A stretch of DNA of 64,000 bases from Adineta vaga (Eukaryota > Animalia > Rotifera). This document shows positions 25,461 through 39,373 of this stretch, piece after piece (the stretch's first letter is position 1; each line of letters opens with the position of its first letter). A program made the position numbers and the translations under genes. The stretch is from the NCBI GenBank assembly GCA_021613535.1, contig CP075493.1:8494001-8558000 (forward strand), given 5' to 3'. The notes beneath the pieces were generated by a model. That model ran no database searches. It saw nothing but the letters and a program-made list of their open reading frames with translations, and was not told where the DNA came from.

Positions 25461-26679
25461 ATGGTAAGATTTCTTTTGTGGTTATTCGATATCTTATTGT
25501 TTGAGCACATTTGATACATGTTACATAAAGATTAGAGAAATAAAACAGAGTTTTTTATACTTGAATTTTAGCCGCAAAACGAACATATCGAACTTCATCG
25601 TAAACGACATGGTCGTCGATTCGATCATTATGAAAAACAGTAATATAAACGAATGACTATAATCTAGTTAAAAGGTTGTTTTCTCTTTCATTCTAGAAAG
25701 AAGAAAGAAGGCCGTTTACCACATATACTATCTAAGAAGGCTCAAACATTACGTGGCATCAAGTATAATTATTGCTTTTCATCTTTTGATTTTAAGTATT
25801 AATTTTTTATTTTAGGGCGAAATTATACAATAAACGTCGTCAAAATGAAAAGATTCAAATGAAGAAAACCATTAAAAGTCATGAAGAAAAAGAAACGAAA
25901 CAACGACAAGAAGTACCTGAAGGTGCTTTACCAGCATATTTACTTGATCGTGAAAAACAAAGTCGAGCAAAAATTTTATCGAATACGATTAAACAAAAAC
26001 GAAAAGAGAAAGCTGTACGATTTATCATCGAATATTTCTTCTCTTCATCGAATACAATGTCTCTTTCTAGGGTAAATGGGATGTACCAATACCAAAAGTG
26101 AAAGCCGTGAGTGAAGCAGAAGTTTTCCGAGTTGTTCAATCAGGAAAACGACGAAGTATAAAAACTTATCTTTCACTATTTTCATATTCTATTTTTGTTG
26201 AATAACTTTAGAGAAAGCATGGAAACGATTAGTTACCAAACCTTGTTTTGTTGGAGAAGGATTTACTCGAAAACCACCCAAATATGAACGATTTATTCGA
26301 CCAATGGTACACTATCTTTCACTTTTGTTTTCAATCGTACCAATTCTTTCATTTTTAGGCACTTCGATTCACTAAAGCACATGTAACACATCCAGAATTG
26401 AAAGCAACTTTTCAATTACCGATTCTTGGTGTCAAGAAAAATCCTAGTTCACCACTTTATACATCTTTAGGTGTAATCACAAAAGGAACTGTTCTTGAAG
26501 TAAGTTGTAAATCAATAACAAAGAAAAGTATGATAATAGAATATTCTTTTTTTGATTAGGTGAATGTTAGTGAACTTGGTATGGTTACACAAGGTGGAAA
26601 AGTTGTGTGGGGAAAATATGCTCAGGTAACAAATCATCCCGAAAATGATGGATGTATCAATGCTGTACTTCTCGTTTAA
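25461..26679 (+). CDS. NSA2: Ribosome biogenesis protein NSA2
   Basis: ATG|intron|[22 protein letters not shown], then [42 protein letters not shown], and C-terminal [15 protein letters not shown]. Confidence 0.97.
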
Positions 26680-27541
26680 TCTGTTCGTTGTTATCGATTG
26701 AAATAAAATAAAAATACCGATGTTTATTTCTAAAAATATGCTTTTCCTACTAACTCAAAGCAAACCATCTTATGAGAATTTGATCAAGATATATATATAT
26801 ATATATTACAGTATACTGTTTATTGATGAATAAGTATGTTGGCATATTTCAAGTCTTTCTTCAATTCATTCACTTCATATTTTATCAAGAGTTTTAAAGC
26901 ATTCTTTTCATGCATATATGTATTTGTCTGTATTGATTAGATTTTATTATTCTTATTTAATGCATATATAATGCGTATGTTTTCACATGTAATATGTTAT
27001 TTAACAAAATACATCAGACATATATTGCACACAAGAGTTTTGTTTTTTCTAAATAGTCAATAATAATATATTACATTGAATATACGTCATCATTTATTTG
27101 AGTATCATTGCTTCCATGAATAGGTTCAAGTTCTGTTCTCTTCTCTCACTTATTCTCTTTTGGAAAAAATATTTAGACGTGATATAGAAGAGACATTAAA
27201 GACAAGAAAAGACTCGATTAGAGTGTAGGGAATTTGGACTACTTCATAACAAAAAGAAATGAGGGAAAAAGCAAATAATAGAAATTCAATTTTCTTCAGT
27301 ATATATGAAGAGAGAAAAAAAGCAAGAATACGAAGTAAACTTATACTAGAAATAGAAAAGACAAAGGAAAACATCGGAAAAAGTAAATTGGGAAATGACA
27401 GTTGCTTAACAACTAACATAGAAAAAAGAAAGAAGAGAACCTTTAAAAAAAAGTAGTTTTCATATATATTGTTTTTCTTTTGTGAAAGTTTTTGTCAGAC
27501 AACATCAGTATTGATTAAAAGTATATTAAATATAGTGAAAT

Positions 27542-28118
27542 ATGATTTTTTTATCAAAACGACCTCATAGAAATGAACATTTATCGGGTAAAGAAGCCTG
27601 TCTGTCTATTATCGGCCTTTTCTTAGCAATTGGACTTATCGGTGGTCTTGCCGGATTAATCTATGGTAAGAATGTATCTACATAACATCGTTCAAAATAA
27701 TACATTTTTTATATTAGGTTTAATCAAAAGCAATTCATCCGCAACAATCGCTGGTGGAATTAGTTTTGGTATTGCAGTGTTTTTAACTGTTATATTTTTT
27801 CTTATGATTGTATTTTGCCTTAATACTCATCAATTTGATTCTAAACCAAATCGTCACCATCAAAATGGTCAGAAAAAACATATCAATACTTCGCATGAAT
27901 TACCCAGTATATCTACCGGACAAACATATGATCAAACAACAGGATTCAATCATCAAATTATTTATCCACCACTTCCTTTAGAATTTGTTGATAGTTCAAA
28001 TTATGGTTCTAATAAACCAATTCATCATTCGCCATCGCAAACAGCGATATTCGATTCTTTGAATCAAAGTCAATCATCAACAAATGCGTTGGATTTTCGA
28101 CAAAATTATTACAATTAA
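27542..28118 (+). CDS. Small two-TM orphan membrane protein with cytoplasmic tail (2 exons)
   Basis: ATG 27542 gives MIFLSKRPHRNEHLSGKEACLSIIGLFLAIGLIGGLAGLIYG. An intron at ~27666-27717 joins in phase to LIKSNSSATIAGGISFGIAVFLTVIFFLMIVFCL. Confidence 0.65.
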
Positions 28119-28644
28119 TAATGAACGATTGCAGTTGTGATAAGATCTTTGATATAGAAAAAAAAGGAGATATTCCACAAACCGATCGAGCCGGACTCGT
28201 TCTTTACACTTTTTCTTTCTTCTTTGTTTCTATTTTCGGATCTGTACTTATGTATACATAATAAACAATTCACGGTAACGACGAAAGACAGAGAATGAGC
28301 AAATATAAGAACATTTGAATATGTCGATATAGAGCTGTCAATTGCATCGAGATCAACGATGATTTATTAAGAAAAATATATTTAATTTTTCAATGTAAAA
28401 GAATAAGAGAGAAAAAACAGAATTGAAAAGTATGAGAAAAGATGTAAACTTGTTATTGTTTTTGTTCGGATTTTCATCATTCATCTTTTATGTTTTTCGT
28501 AGACTTTTATAAGAATAAGAAGAAGAAGAAAAAATATTGTTATGTCATTGTGTGTATTCGTACATTTCTCTCTACTATTTTACTTGTCAAAGCGATTAGA
28601 AAGCAAAACTTCAAATTCTTTCTTCATCAATTTCAACAAACTAA

Positions 28645-30060
28645 ATGCCAACAAAAACTCACTGGACAATAAATCCAAAAAAATGGTTCGAAAATATATC
28701 TCCTAGTGCTCTTAGACATGAGAAAAAAGAGAATCCTTTAATTCAATCATTACCTGCCAAAATAACTGTCGCACGAACTTCATCATTAGCTGCGAATATA
28801 GTTCGTAGTTCGAAAGCGAGGATAAGCACGAAAATAACGCCAATATCAACTTCGACTGAAGTTGAAAATAATCACACAATTAATCTTGTACCATTTACAC
28901 GAGTTCAATTACCACCATTTACTATTCGAGGAACACGTGCAGCAGCATTACTACCATCATTATCATTCAATCGTCCAACGACATTTGTTCCCATTCATAC
29001 GGAACCAACGATACGTCGAAATGGTCGTTGTGAAGAAAATCTCTCAATTAATACAAAACGACGATGTCTGCCACTAATCATTTCTGTTCCACCAACAACT
29101 GACATTCTCCAACAAACAATACCAATACAACCAATAGAAATGAGTTTGATAAGTATGTCACATCGTTGTTTAATTGATTTTCCCAGACATTCACCAGATC
29201 CCATTGTTGAAACACCATCACCAGCTGGTTCTTCATCAGCATCATCTCTAGTTAAAGACAATAATAACAATAATCTTAATTCATCATCTGGTGAAGTATA
29301 TCAGAATATAACTAACAATTCTGAATCTAAAGAACCATTATTAACAATGAAAGTTCTTTCGGTTGAATCATTAGCTGAATCTGAAACATCATTAACTCAT
29401 ATTCAATCACGTCCAATTATTCATCATTATCAAACAATTCTAGATAGTGATAAATCTCCACAACCAATATCATTACCATCGTCTCCACTTTCACAGAGTC
29501 TTGAAGATGTTTTTGAAGATAGTCAAACATTTTCCGAACGTCCAACCACAACGGTAACAACAATTAAACGTCCACCATCATCAGTAATGGTTGATAAAAC
29601 AAATGAAAAACGTATTCGAATTAGTCCATCTCCACGCGTAATAGTGGATAAAACTGAATTTATTCGTACTGCACGTATGACATATCGTCTATGTGCTGAT
29701 GAAATTGAAGAACTCTCTACTTCTCCTCATCACTCGATGAGTTCATTTGTTCCTAGTTGTGTTTCAGATGATTCACTTCGTCCAGCAAATGATGAAGAAT
29801 GTTATGCAACATTACCATGTGGAAGTTCAACTGAACAAATGAATAAAAATATACAGCATGATCTTCGAACTTTTGTCGATGATTATATTCGTCCAATGGC
29901 TTTTTCAATTGGACAAAATCCTTCCATCAAATCTCATCATCGTTCTAAACGATCGCAGACTAATAATGATGATACACAACTTATTATTGAAGACATAACG
30001 GATAAATTATTATCAAGCATTGACTATCCAATATATGCTCAGCATCAAAGATATTGTTAA
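28645..30060 (+). CDS. Intronless 471-aa Ser/Thr/Pro-rich, probably disordered orphan protein
   Basis: A 1.4-kb uninterrupted ORF in AT-rich DNA, with AATAAA ~25 nt after the stop. No recognisable domain. Confidence 0.75.
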   Translation: MPTKTHWTINPKKWFENISPSALRHEKKENPLIQSLPAKITVARTSSLAANIVRSSKARISTKITPISTSTEVENNHTINLVPFTRVQLPPFTIRGTRAAALLPSLSFNRPTTFVPIHTEPTIRRNGRCEENLSINTKRRCLPLIISVPPTTDILQQTIPIQPIEMSLISMSHRCLIDFPRHSPDPIVETPSPAGSSSASSLVKDNNNNNLNSSSGEVYQNITNNSESKEPLLTMKVLSVESLAESETSLTHIQSRPIIHHYQTILDSDKSPQPISLPSSPLSQSLEDVFEDSQTFSERPTTTVTTIKRPPSSVMVDKTNEKRIRISPSPRVIVDKTEFIRTARMTYRLCADEIEELSTSPHHSMSSFVPSCVSDDSLRPANDEECYATLPCGSSTEQMNKNIQHDLRTFVDDYIRPMAFSIGQNPSIKSHHRSKRSQTNNDDTQLIIEDITDKLLSSIDYPIYAQHQRYC

Positions 30061-32160
30061 TTTTTATAGATATTCTTTTTATAGCAATAAAAAATAACGA
30101 TTTTAAAATAAGGTAGAATATGTTTGAATCAGATAGGAAACAATCTCTTAATACAACTTTCTATTTATTAATCAGTTGATAACTTTTCTCCTGTTGAGAA
30201 CATATGTTACACTATTAGTTGCTATTTTCCAATAAGTTTTCTTTTCTTAATTTTCACACCTTCGTTTCTCTCTATTTGCGATTAATTTTACACTCGAAAT
30301 TCTCATGTCCCACCCACTATCGATGCACTGCATGTTATGTCTTAGTTTAATCTTCTATACATTCGCGCACACTACAATTATCGACGACATGTCAGCCGGA
30401 AGTCACTATGTTAATCTGTTAATCATAAAAATAGAGAATGAAGTCAAGTGAAGACGATGGGAGTATGGTGACCACTTGAAATCACATCACCTCTGGCCGT
30501 TCATTCTCTGCGTGAATCAATGAAATGTATGTCATTTGCAATTCGATCTTCATTTTTATGTAAATTATTGTGCTCAAATGATCTCTTCAATATTAATACA
30601 CATGTAAATCAAATTTCAATATTCATTTAATCTTATCTTTACGAAGAAGAAGAAGAAGAAGAAAATAATAATAAGATACCGACATTGAATTAAAACAAAA
30701 CTCATTAATATCATGCATTGACACTTTCTTTTAAAAACAATACAACAAGAAGATCAATGTTTGATCTTGAAGAATGATGAGCATCGTGTGTTATGAATAC
30801 CTAGTGGCAACAATTATATATATATATGTATATCTGCTCATCTTTCTTTGATCGTAATGTGCAAGTATTGGATTAGAAAAAGTGATATACATGAAATATA
30901 AAAGATAAAGCGATTTGGAACGTTTTAATTGAAAAGAAAATTGAATTTCACATGTGACATATAGACAAGATTATGTCGGAAAATGTAAAGATCGATATAT
31001 TTGACATTCATTTACACATTTAAAGTGTAAGAGTACTATATGTACATCCTTCCGATCAACAAATCAAATAAATAATTTTCAGTTTTATTTTGTAGAATGT
31101 AAGATAACACTTATATGCTGATTAGACTCTTCACATGATATTCCTGATCTTCAAGATGTACACACAGCAGGAAGATGGTATGGTTGATAGACGAGAAAAA
31201 AAGAAGGAAATTCTAATGTATAGATGTTAAATGAACGTCGGCAAGATTGTCTTACGTATCACCTTTCTTGACACACTCTTTTACGAATCAAAATTGATTA
31301 CATATGAGCTGTAACCGATTGCTTTCTAATTTATGGCTATTATTCTAATAAAAAAACAACTTCAAGTGTTAATGAGAATGGAAGACGAAGTTATATTATT
31401 TGCCGATGCGTGACAGGGTGGATAACACATTGATTGTGAGAGATGAGAATAAAAATATCGAAGTGTACTCGTTTTCCCACTTCACTTGACTTCATTTCCA
31501 TTTTTCGATTAACTTTGTTTTAGCTTATACTCTTCTTGATAATTGCATAGCATGCATAAGCAGGAGATTATTAAGGTCGAATGAATGTATGCCATTCTAT
31601 GGCGAGAAAATGAGAATCATTCGAGAAGTGTAAATTAACGAACGAAAAAGATCGATAGTGACTGATTGTAAGGATCAGTATGTCGGACATAAGAGCGTCA
31701 AAAGCAACTGACGGTGAAGTGCTATTATAAGAAGGTATAAATGAGCAATCGAATGTTAATAGATACAAATTGCATATCACGAACAAATTTTATCTTTAAG
31801 ATTGATAGAATGAGTCATTACGTATGAAGTTGATCACAAGTCTATTGAAAAAAGAAGAAGGGATGAATCGTTGCATTTGAATTTGTTTGAAGAGAATATA
31901 ACGATTCGTAATATATCGGAGAAATCTAGTATAAATTTGAACTCTTTGCAAGAGATACATGTAGATTATATTCTACGGCTCTGTTCTTTGGAGTTTACTT
32001 TTGTGAATAGGGAAAACATATGATCAAACAATTTTCACGATTTAAAAATACATATTCTTTCAGTAATGATTATTACGATTATTTCATTATGTTCTAGTTT
32101 TATTTTACAGACATATAACAAAAATAAAAATAAATCTATATCGTAGAAAGAATCCATTCA

Positions 32161-33222
32161 TTAAAGTGAAATCATTCCACTTTGTTGCATCTGTTCACGT
32201 AAGAGAATAATACTTGCTCGTTGATCAGCTGGTAATTGAGCAATTTGAGCGTCACTTAATTGAAGGACTTGCATTAGTAATTGAGCTTTCTCTTGATCCG
32301 TACGTGATAGAGGTGAATTACCAGTTAGAGTTGGATTAGGTTGTGGTAAAGGAGCTGTTGGCATAGAAAAATTCATTGATGCTAATTGAGGATGAAATGG
32401 TGGCGGTGGAACAATAGGTAGAGGTGGCTGTGGAACAAGATTTGGTGGTGTTTGAAATGTAGGATTAGATAATAAACCACCGACCAAATTATGTGTTGCT
32501 GGTGAAGAATTATTCATGAGATTTATTGATGAAATATCTGGCCGTTTATGAAGCATATTCGTTGCTTCATTGGGTGGAATAAGACCCATGACAACTAATG
32601 ATTGTAACATGGCATATGTTAATTGTGGATTTTGAATAAGAATATTTCGTGCTTCAGTTGGGTAGTCTTTAATTATTGTTTGCATCTGTTTCATTAGATC
32701 AACTACTTGTTCAGGTGGAAGATTGACTATAAAGAAAAAGTAAATATACACAAAAAGTTCATTACAATGTCTTACCTATTGTTCGAGCAATGACTTCAGG
32801 AACTTTATCTGGAGTTACATTTGCGCTTTGAACAGTTTCAAATGCTGGTGGACCAATCGTAGTTTGTTGATGAAGTAAACGTAATTCATCAGCTTGAGAT
32901 GATGCTTTATCAACTCGTAATGATCGACCACCAAATTCAAAACCATTCAAATTTCGAATAGCACTTTGAGCCATATCTGCATCTATAAAAATGATTTATT
33001 TTGTTTTTAAATTTTAGTCACTAAAAATCAATAATAACACTATTTACCTGCATATTCAGCAAATCCATATCCTTTTGGATTACCAGTTTCTCGATCTAAT
33101 ACGATGCGAAAGGATAAAACCGGTCCGATAATTGTAAAGATTTCTTTCATCTGATCTTCTGTTGTTCCATGTGGAATATTACCAACAAATACTGATCGTG
33201 CTTGTTTTTCTTCAACAGACAT
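32161..33222 (-). CDS. CSTF2: Cleavage stimulation factor 64 kDa subunit
   Basis: N-terminal RRM ([32 protein letters not shown]). Hinge domain [19 protein letters not shown]-terminal [34 protein letters not shown]. Confidence 0.95.
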
Positions 33223-33416
33223 TCGTATAAATCTATTTTATTTCAAAACTTTCAATAAATTAAATGACAATCTATACTATAAAACGTGCATACATGTATC
33301 GTGCAAAATTTTTGATTGGTTAATAGTGTCCATTAGAAGTGCTTTAACATTGTTTCATTTAATTTCTTGTCGATATTCTAAGTGCATGAATGAGTTAATC
33401 AATGAATAAGAAAAAT

Positions 33417-33430
33417 GAACGAACCAATTA
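33417..33430 (+). promoter_or_regulatory. Extended CCAAT motif GAACGAACCAATTA in CSTF2/DIDO-like bidirectional promoter
   Basis: The identical 14-mer occurs at 40979-40992, in another head-to-head gap. Confidence 0.45.
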
Positions 33431-33874
33431 TCGAAAGAAAAAAAGTAAAGAAACAAAAATGAAGATTATTTGTTCTTGAAAATGAACTTTTTTTTTAGTA
33501 GTGGTTGTTGAATACAATTCGTAAGATAAGAATGTCGATTAGGTTTGTTTTACTAACATTGCAGGTCTGACTTTGTTTTCAGGGTTATATTATAATTGAA
33601 AAACAAAGCGAAAGAGGGAGTAACACCCAATCTATAGTCTATGGTTAATCTTATTATTTCTTTTCGTAATCTACTATTTGTAGATAATCAAATCGAATCC
33701 AAACGAAACATATAGTTCATTAAAAGAAAAGATTCGATCGAACGGAAAAGCTGAATAGCAGAAAAAACTATCATCTGTCTTTTCTTGCTTCTATTCATTG
33801 CACTTGTTTTTTTCTATATTTCCAAGACAAAATTTGTTATTATTACCATTATCGATTGATTGTTTAATATTTCA

Positions 33875-36800
33875 ATGAATACAATCACACATTCGACTGC
33901 TAGCAGTTCAAAAGGTAAGGATTCTTCAGCAAAAAAGAAATCATCCATATGAACAAACAATTCAGCAAATAACTACGCTTCTATATGTATCCAAGTTCCT
34001 TTGCTCTAAGAAAACAGATATACAATATTCGATTTTGTTGAACTAATTATTCATATGGTAGTGTAAAGGGTCCGTGACCGTGAGCAAAAAAACAAATCAA
34101 GAGATTGTTCGACGATAGCAAGATAGATTACTATATCTATTCGGATGGACTACTAGTGTCCTCTATCTAAATTGATAAAAGAATTTCAAGCGGTACTATT
34201 TGTTCTCTAGCTAGATTATCTAAATTATACGAAATGAACAGGTATTCTAATCGTAAAAAGACCATTAGCAAGTTTATCGAAATATAAACGAACTATCTGG
34301 TTTCTTTTTTAGGAAAGCTTATTTGATCTTATGGATTATGAAGTTTTGACAGTGACAGATCCGTACGTATATCAATTGAGAATTCTGATGTAGAGAGTTT
34401 TTATTTCAATCGTATTGAAGATAATTCATATATGAAATCGTAATATAGGGAAAGAGACAGAAACAACTTTATTCGTGTACGATAGAGATGTCGCATTCTC
34501 ATTTTATCTCACAATTTATGGGTACATATCAGAACTGCTATTTTGACAGAACTATCAGATCGATTTTGTTCATTCGATGAAAACTGATCAATGATCCTCT
34601 TAATTATCATTTCTATTTTTCAATTTATAGGTTCATCAAATGATGATCGTACAAATGATGATAGTAACAGTAAAGATACCAACTCATCGAGTTATGCACA
34701 GTAAAGTTTCATGCGCTTTCTTAAAGAATGACAAATTTTATGGATTTAATGTATGTGTTTTTTTTCCAGAGAAGATGAAGATGATCCATTCACATTTCGT
34801 AGTCGTAAATCATATCCACAACGAGTTAATCGATCAAAACTAAACTATCGTGACCTTGAACGAGGTGTCTATGATGCACATGAACTTCGGCAATCAAGTT
34901 GGGCACTTGGTGGTCCAACATTTCTGAACAAAAACAATTTAACTAGTAAAAATAAGACAAACTATAGTGACGATGATGATGACGATGACAAAGATATGCC
35001 TGCTGCTGGTGACGATGACGATGAAGAAATATTGGATGAAAAGAAAACAAAATCAAATGATGATACTGATCAAAAACATCGTCGTCTTTGGTGTATATGT
35101 AGACAACCATGGGATCATTCAAGACTTATGTTACGATGTGATTCATGTGCCAATTGGTATCATGGAGATTGGTAAATAGTTCTTTAGCTGTCATATAATT
35201 TTGACTATGTAATTTTGTTTATATTAGTATTGGTGTAACAAAAGAACAAGCGAGAGTATTAGATATGAATGGTGATCAATTTGTCTGTCCACCCTGTCAT
35301 GGTACGATAATAAGCTTTGCAGAAAGGTCTGATTTTATGATGTGTTTATTTAGGATCGACGTCTACTAACTCAAGAATAAAATCTGGACGTGCATCTGAT
35401 GAATCGATATTAATCAAACGAAAACGAATAGATGCTGTGTCACCTAGTGATCGTAAAGTTGGCGAAAGAAATGATAATGTAGCATCATCAAAAAATTTAA
35501 CACTTTCCGAACCATCAAAACGACCAAAAACTGGAATTTTCTTTCAACGTGATTCTACAACGGTAAGAAGAAGTTTTGAATATTTATCTGAATGGAAAAA
35601 ATAAACATATATATGCATTATTTTAGGAACCACAAATTCATTGTATTGTTCATGGCTGTAGTAATTGGGCAAAATCAGGTTGGGTTTATTGTTCACCAGC
35701 TTGTATTCGTCGTCATATTAACGATACACTTCAAGCCATTCAACGCAGTAAAGGAACAGTAAGTTATTTGAAATAAATTGTATCGCATTATATCATTTTC
35801 TACACTAGGATAACGATAGTCCACCATCTCGTGAAGATATTCTTCTATATCAAAATCGTACAAAGAAAGTTCTCGATAGGAAATTAGTTCCTAAAGTCGA
35901 AGATCTATGTACTTGGATTAATCAGAATCCATCCTATGAAATTGTCAAACCTGCTCTAAGACAATCGATTTTACTTACCGCAAATGAATCAAAACTTTCT
36001 CTACAACCAGGTTTAGTTCGTTCACCATCTTTGATTGCTCCCAAAACACCTACAACACCTACAACACCTACTTCTACTAAACCGAAACTTTCTTGGGCAC
36101 CAGTTACACCCAATACAAAACCAGTACCAATTAAAAAAGCACCAGTTCAACTTGGAAAACAAACAAGTAATACACCAAGTTCACCAAGTGTTCCCAATTA
36201 TGCCGATATTCGAATGAAAGTTCCACAAGCTTTATATGATAAATTACTTTTGAGGTAAAAGTAATTTTCCTAGTTACTTCTTTGTTTTAATCATCGAAAC
36301 TATGTATTGTAGATTAGAAAAATCTGGTCAAATATCAGTACCAAATGAAGATATTCGAATACTTACCGATAAAATAGAAGAAGAAATGTATCGTGTTTAT
36401 GGTAAAGTTGATAATTCTTATAAGAATAAATTTCGATCATTATTGGCCAATATCAGCAATATGAATAATAATGTAGTTTGCTTTTTCTTTTACTTAAAAG
36501 ACATTAACCTTTCTCTTTTTATATAGTTTTTTTATAAACATATCTTGTCGAAAGAAGTTACACCAAAACAAATCGTCTCGATGAAACCAGAAGATATGTT
36601 ACCACCTGGTAAGAATAATATTTGAACGAAGAGAAATTCTATTATTTTGTTTGTTATAGAGGAAAAAGAGAAACGTAAAGATGATTTTGAAAAAGAAGTT
36701 CAAATGATTATTAAAGCAGAAGAACAAACAGCTGAAGAAATGGCAAGACGAGCTCGAACGAAAATTACTCGACAAGGTGTTGTTGATAATGATTCCACGT

Positions 36801-38945
36801 TAACAATGCTAAAAGAAGTAAGTCGCGTTCTTTTTGAACAAAACTTTGCTCTATTTGTGATTTTGCGTTTTCAGACAGAACAAAAACTAGCTGAAGAAAA
36901 ACTTGATCAATTAACAGAAACTAAACCTATTGAAATATCTAAAGTTAAAACTCAAGTAAAAAAACCTGAAAACGATTCCACTGTAAAATCTATTTCCAAA
37001 ACGAAAAAGCCAGTCACATCGACTACTGTTCAAAAACCAATGGTCAAACCTAAACCTAAAGCTCCAATCTCAACATCTACTAGTGATACGACATCGGCAC
37101 ATGGTCGTCATACATTCGATATTAATTGCTCAATATGCGTCAGTACTACTAAATCCAAAGTACCTTCACCAAAACCATCTATTGCAATACCTTCTGGTAA
37201 TAGTCTACACGAAAATTATCAACATTCTTTCTTTTTAATTATAGAAACAATTCCACAACCTATTGAACCATTACTAATAAAACAAGTAGAGGAACGTCCA
37301 CCAGTGTCACCCATTCGCGAAGAATCACGAAGAGAGTCTCCTTCGACATTTGTACCTGTTGATATTGACAATGATTATATTGAACCAGAAAGTCCAACAG
37401 GCATCGATGCTCTACTTTATGATGATGATGACGATTTGAATAGTATCAGTACACATTCTCGAACTTCAACCATCCATCAACATTCAGAATTGCCCGGTGA
37501 TAACAATGAATATTCGACATTAGCCCAACCATCAATTCGTGATGATTACAATCCTTTAACTGCATCGAAATCAAAAGCAGACACATCGTCTATGTAAATA
37601 CAAGTCATACATTTAATCTTATTTATGGTATCCTTTTTTCTCTCAATAGGTATCAACCAACGCCTCTTACTCGTCCATCAAATATCAACAATCAATGGCG
37701 TGGTGTTATTCTTCCACCTGATGCAAAAATTCCATGTCAATCTGCATGTTTATATGGTGAAAGTGAATATCTCATTGCTGATATTCCTGAACAACTAGGT
37801 ATTCTTGGTCGTCTTCGACTCGGTGATCTTTGGGAATATATTCGTGATTCTCTTCATGTACGTGATGTCATTATTCTTACACTTGTTTCATCGAACAATA
37901 ATGATAATGAAGCATTTTCACGATATATTGATACAATGCGTACATCAGGACGTGCAGCTGTAATTAATAAACGATCGGAACCGACAGTTATTCGTGATAT
38001 GTATGTTTTACCAGCCGACACGAAAGGTTGTCCATCGGATGTTCTTCAAATTCTTTCTCTACCAAGAAATATTGATCCTAAACAATTATTTCTTGTTGTC
38101 ATTGCTACAGGAAAGAAAACAATAAAATCTTTTATTCGTTCAAATGAAAATCAATTAACGAATAATTTAACTTATAAACCAGTTTCCTTACAAGATACAA
38201 CATTTGTACGAGATCCTCGATTACTTAGAAGCAAAGATCCACGATTACCGACGAGTAATGCAGTAGAAACATCCAATACTGACAATACTAGTCCTCCTAT
38301 ATCACATTTACCACAGACAAATCCTCTCAATTCGATTCCATCTAAACTGTAAGTGATCTTTTTTACTTAATTAAAGATTATATATATATATATATCTAAA
38401 TTGAATTATTATTATCCATCTGACTAAGTTTCTTTTCGTTTAGTTCTACTGAAGATTTACATAAAATAATGTCTGAATCTTTCGAACGTATACGTCAATC
38501 GACATCCATTGATGCTATTCATCCAATAGTTCTTTCTACTATGGAACTTTTAAAATCTTATGGACGTGAAGATCTATGTATACCATATACAAATGAGCTT
38601 CAACCAGTTATATTCGAATGGCAAGCCTCAAAAGATGCAACTGGAGCTTCAACAACGGATGATAATTTAAACGAAGAGAACATGGAAGTCGATGATGAAC
38701 AAGATGATAAACATAAAAAACAATCATCTATAAGTGAATTTAATGATATTGATTATCGTTTTATTGATCAAGATATGGATCATCGTATGCCAACAACGAT
38801 CATATCTAGTCCTAAACAAGAAAAACAACAAGAACCAATGAGAAAATCACATTTTTCCGATTTATTTTCTACTCATCGTGATGCCGATGATCGATCAATA
38901 AAATCCAATATAATAGCTGAAGATAGAGAGAAAACAAATATTTAA
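33875..38945 (+). CDS. DIDO1/PHF3/PPS-like protein (PHD finger, TFIIS central domain, SPOC)
   Basis: PHD LWCICRQPWDHSRLMLRCDSCANWYHGDCIG...FVCPPC. TFIIS-M IEEEMY...YKNKFRSLLANI. Motif TTSAHGRHTFDINCSIC. SPOC-like QWRG...GRLRLGDLWEYI...IRDMYVLP. The first exon (ATG 33875) splices in phase. Confidence 0.88.
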
Positions 38946-39373
38946 TTCTTAAAAACAATTTCTTTTTCTTTTGTACAGGTGATTGATATTAGAAAAAAAT
39001 GGTGAAAAAATCAACTTAGATGAAGTCAAAACTAACCCTTATTTGTTTTCTTTTAACATGTGGTTTGTTTTTTTTCGAAATAAAGGAAGAATATTGTGAA
39101 TATGAAAAACAAAACTAACACAAACTTACTGTTTTTTTGATTTATTGTATAAATAAAACATTCCTTTATGAATCACATCAATTTACGATATCATTCGATT
39201 TCTGATATATTCTCTTTGTTGTATAGTGCTGATGCATATATATATATATATATGGTCTTAAAAATATAGTGTACAATAATATCTGTTTTAAGTTAGATCT
39301 ATTTTCGTGTTATAAAAACAATTTGAATAAGAACAATTGAACGGATAAGAAGAATAGAAACGCATGAAAATAT

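Noticed and set aside
31085-31230. Exon-like segment with splice signals in the 30.1-32.1 kb gap
   Set aside because: It could not be assembled into a coherent ORF; at most a non-coding transcript.
34122-34170. Short hairpins in the first intron of the DIDO-like gene
   Set aside because: Stems of 4-6 bp are expected by chance in AT-rich DNA, and there is no RNA family signature.
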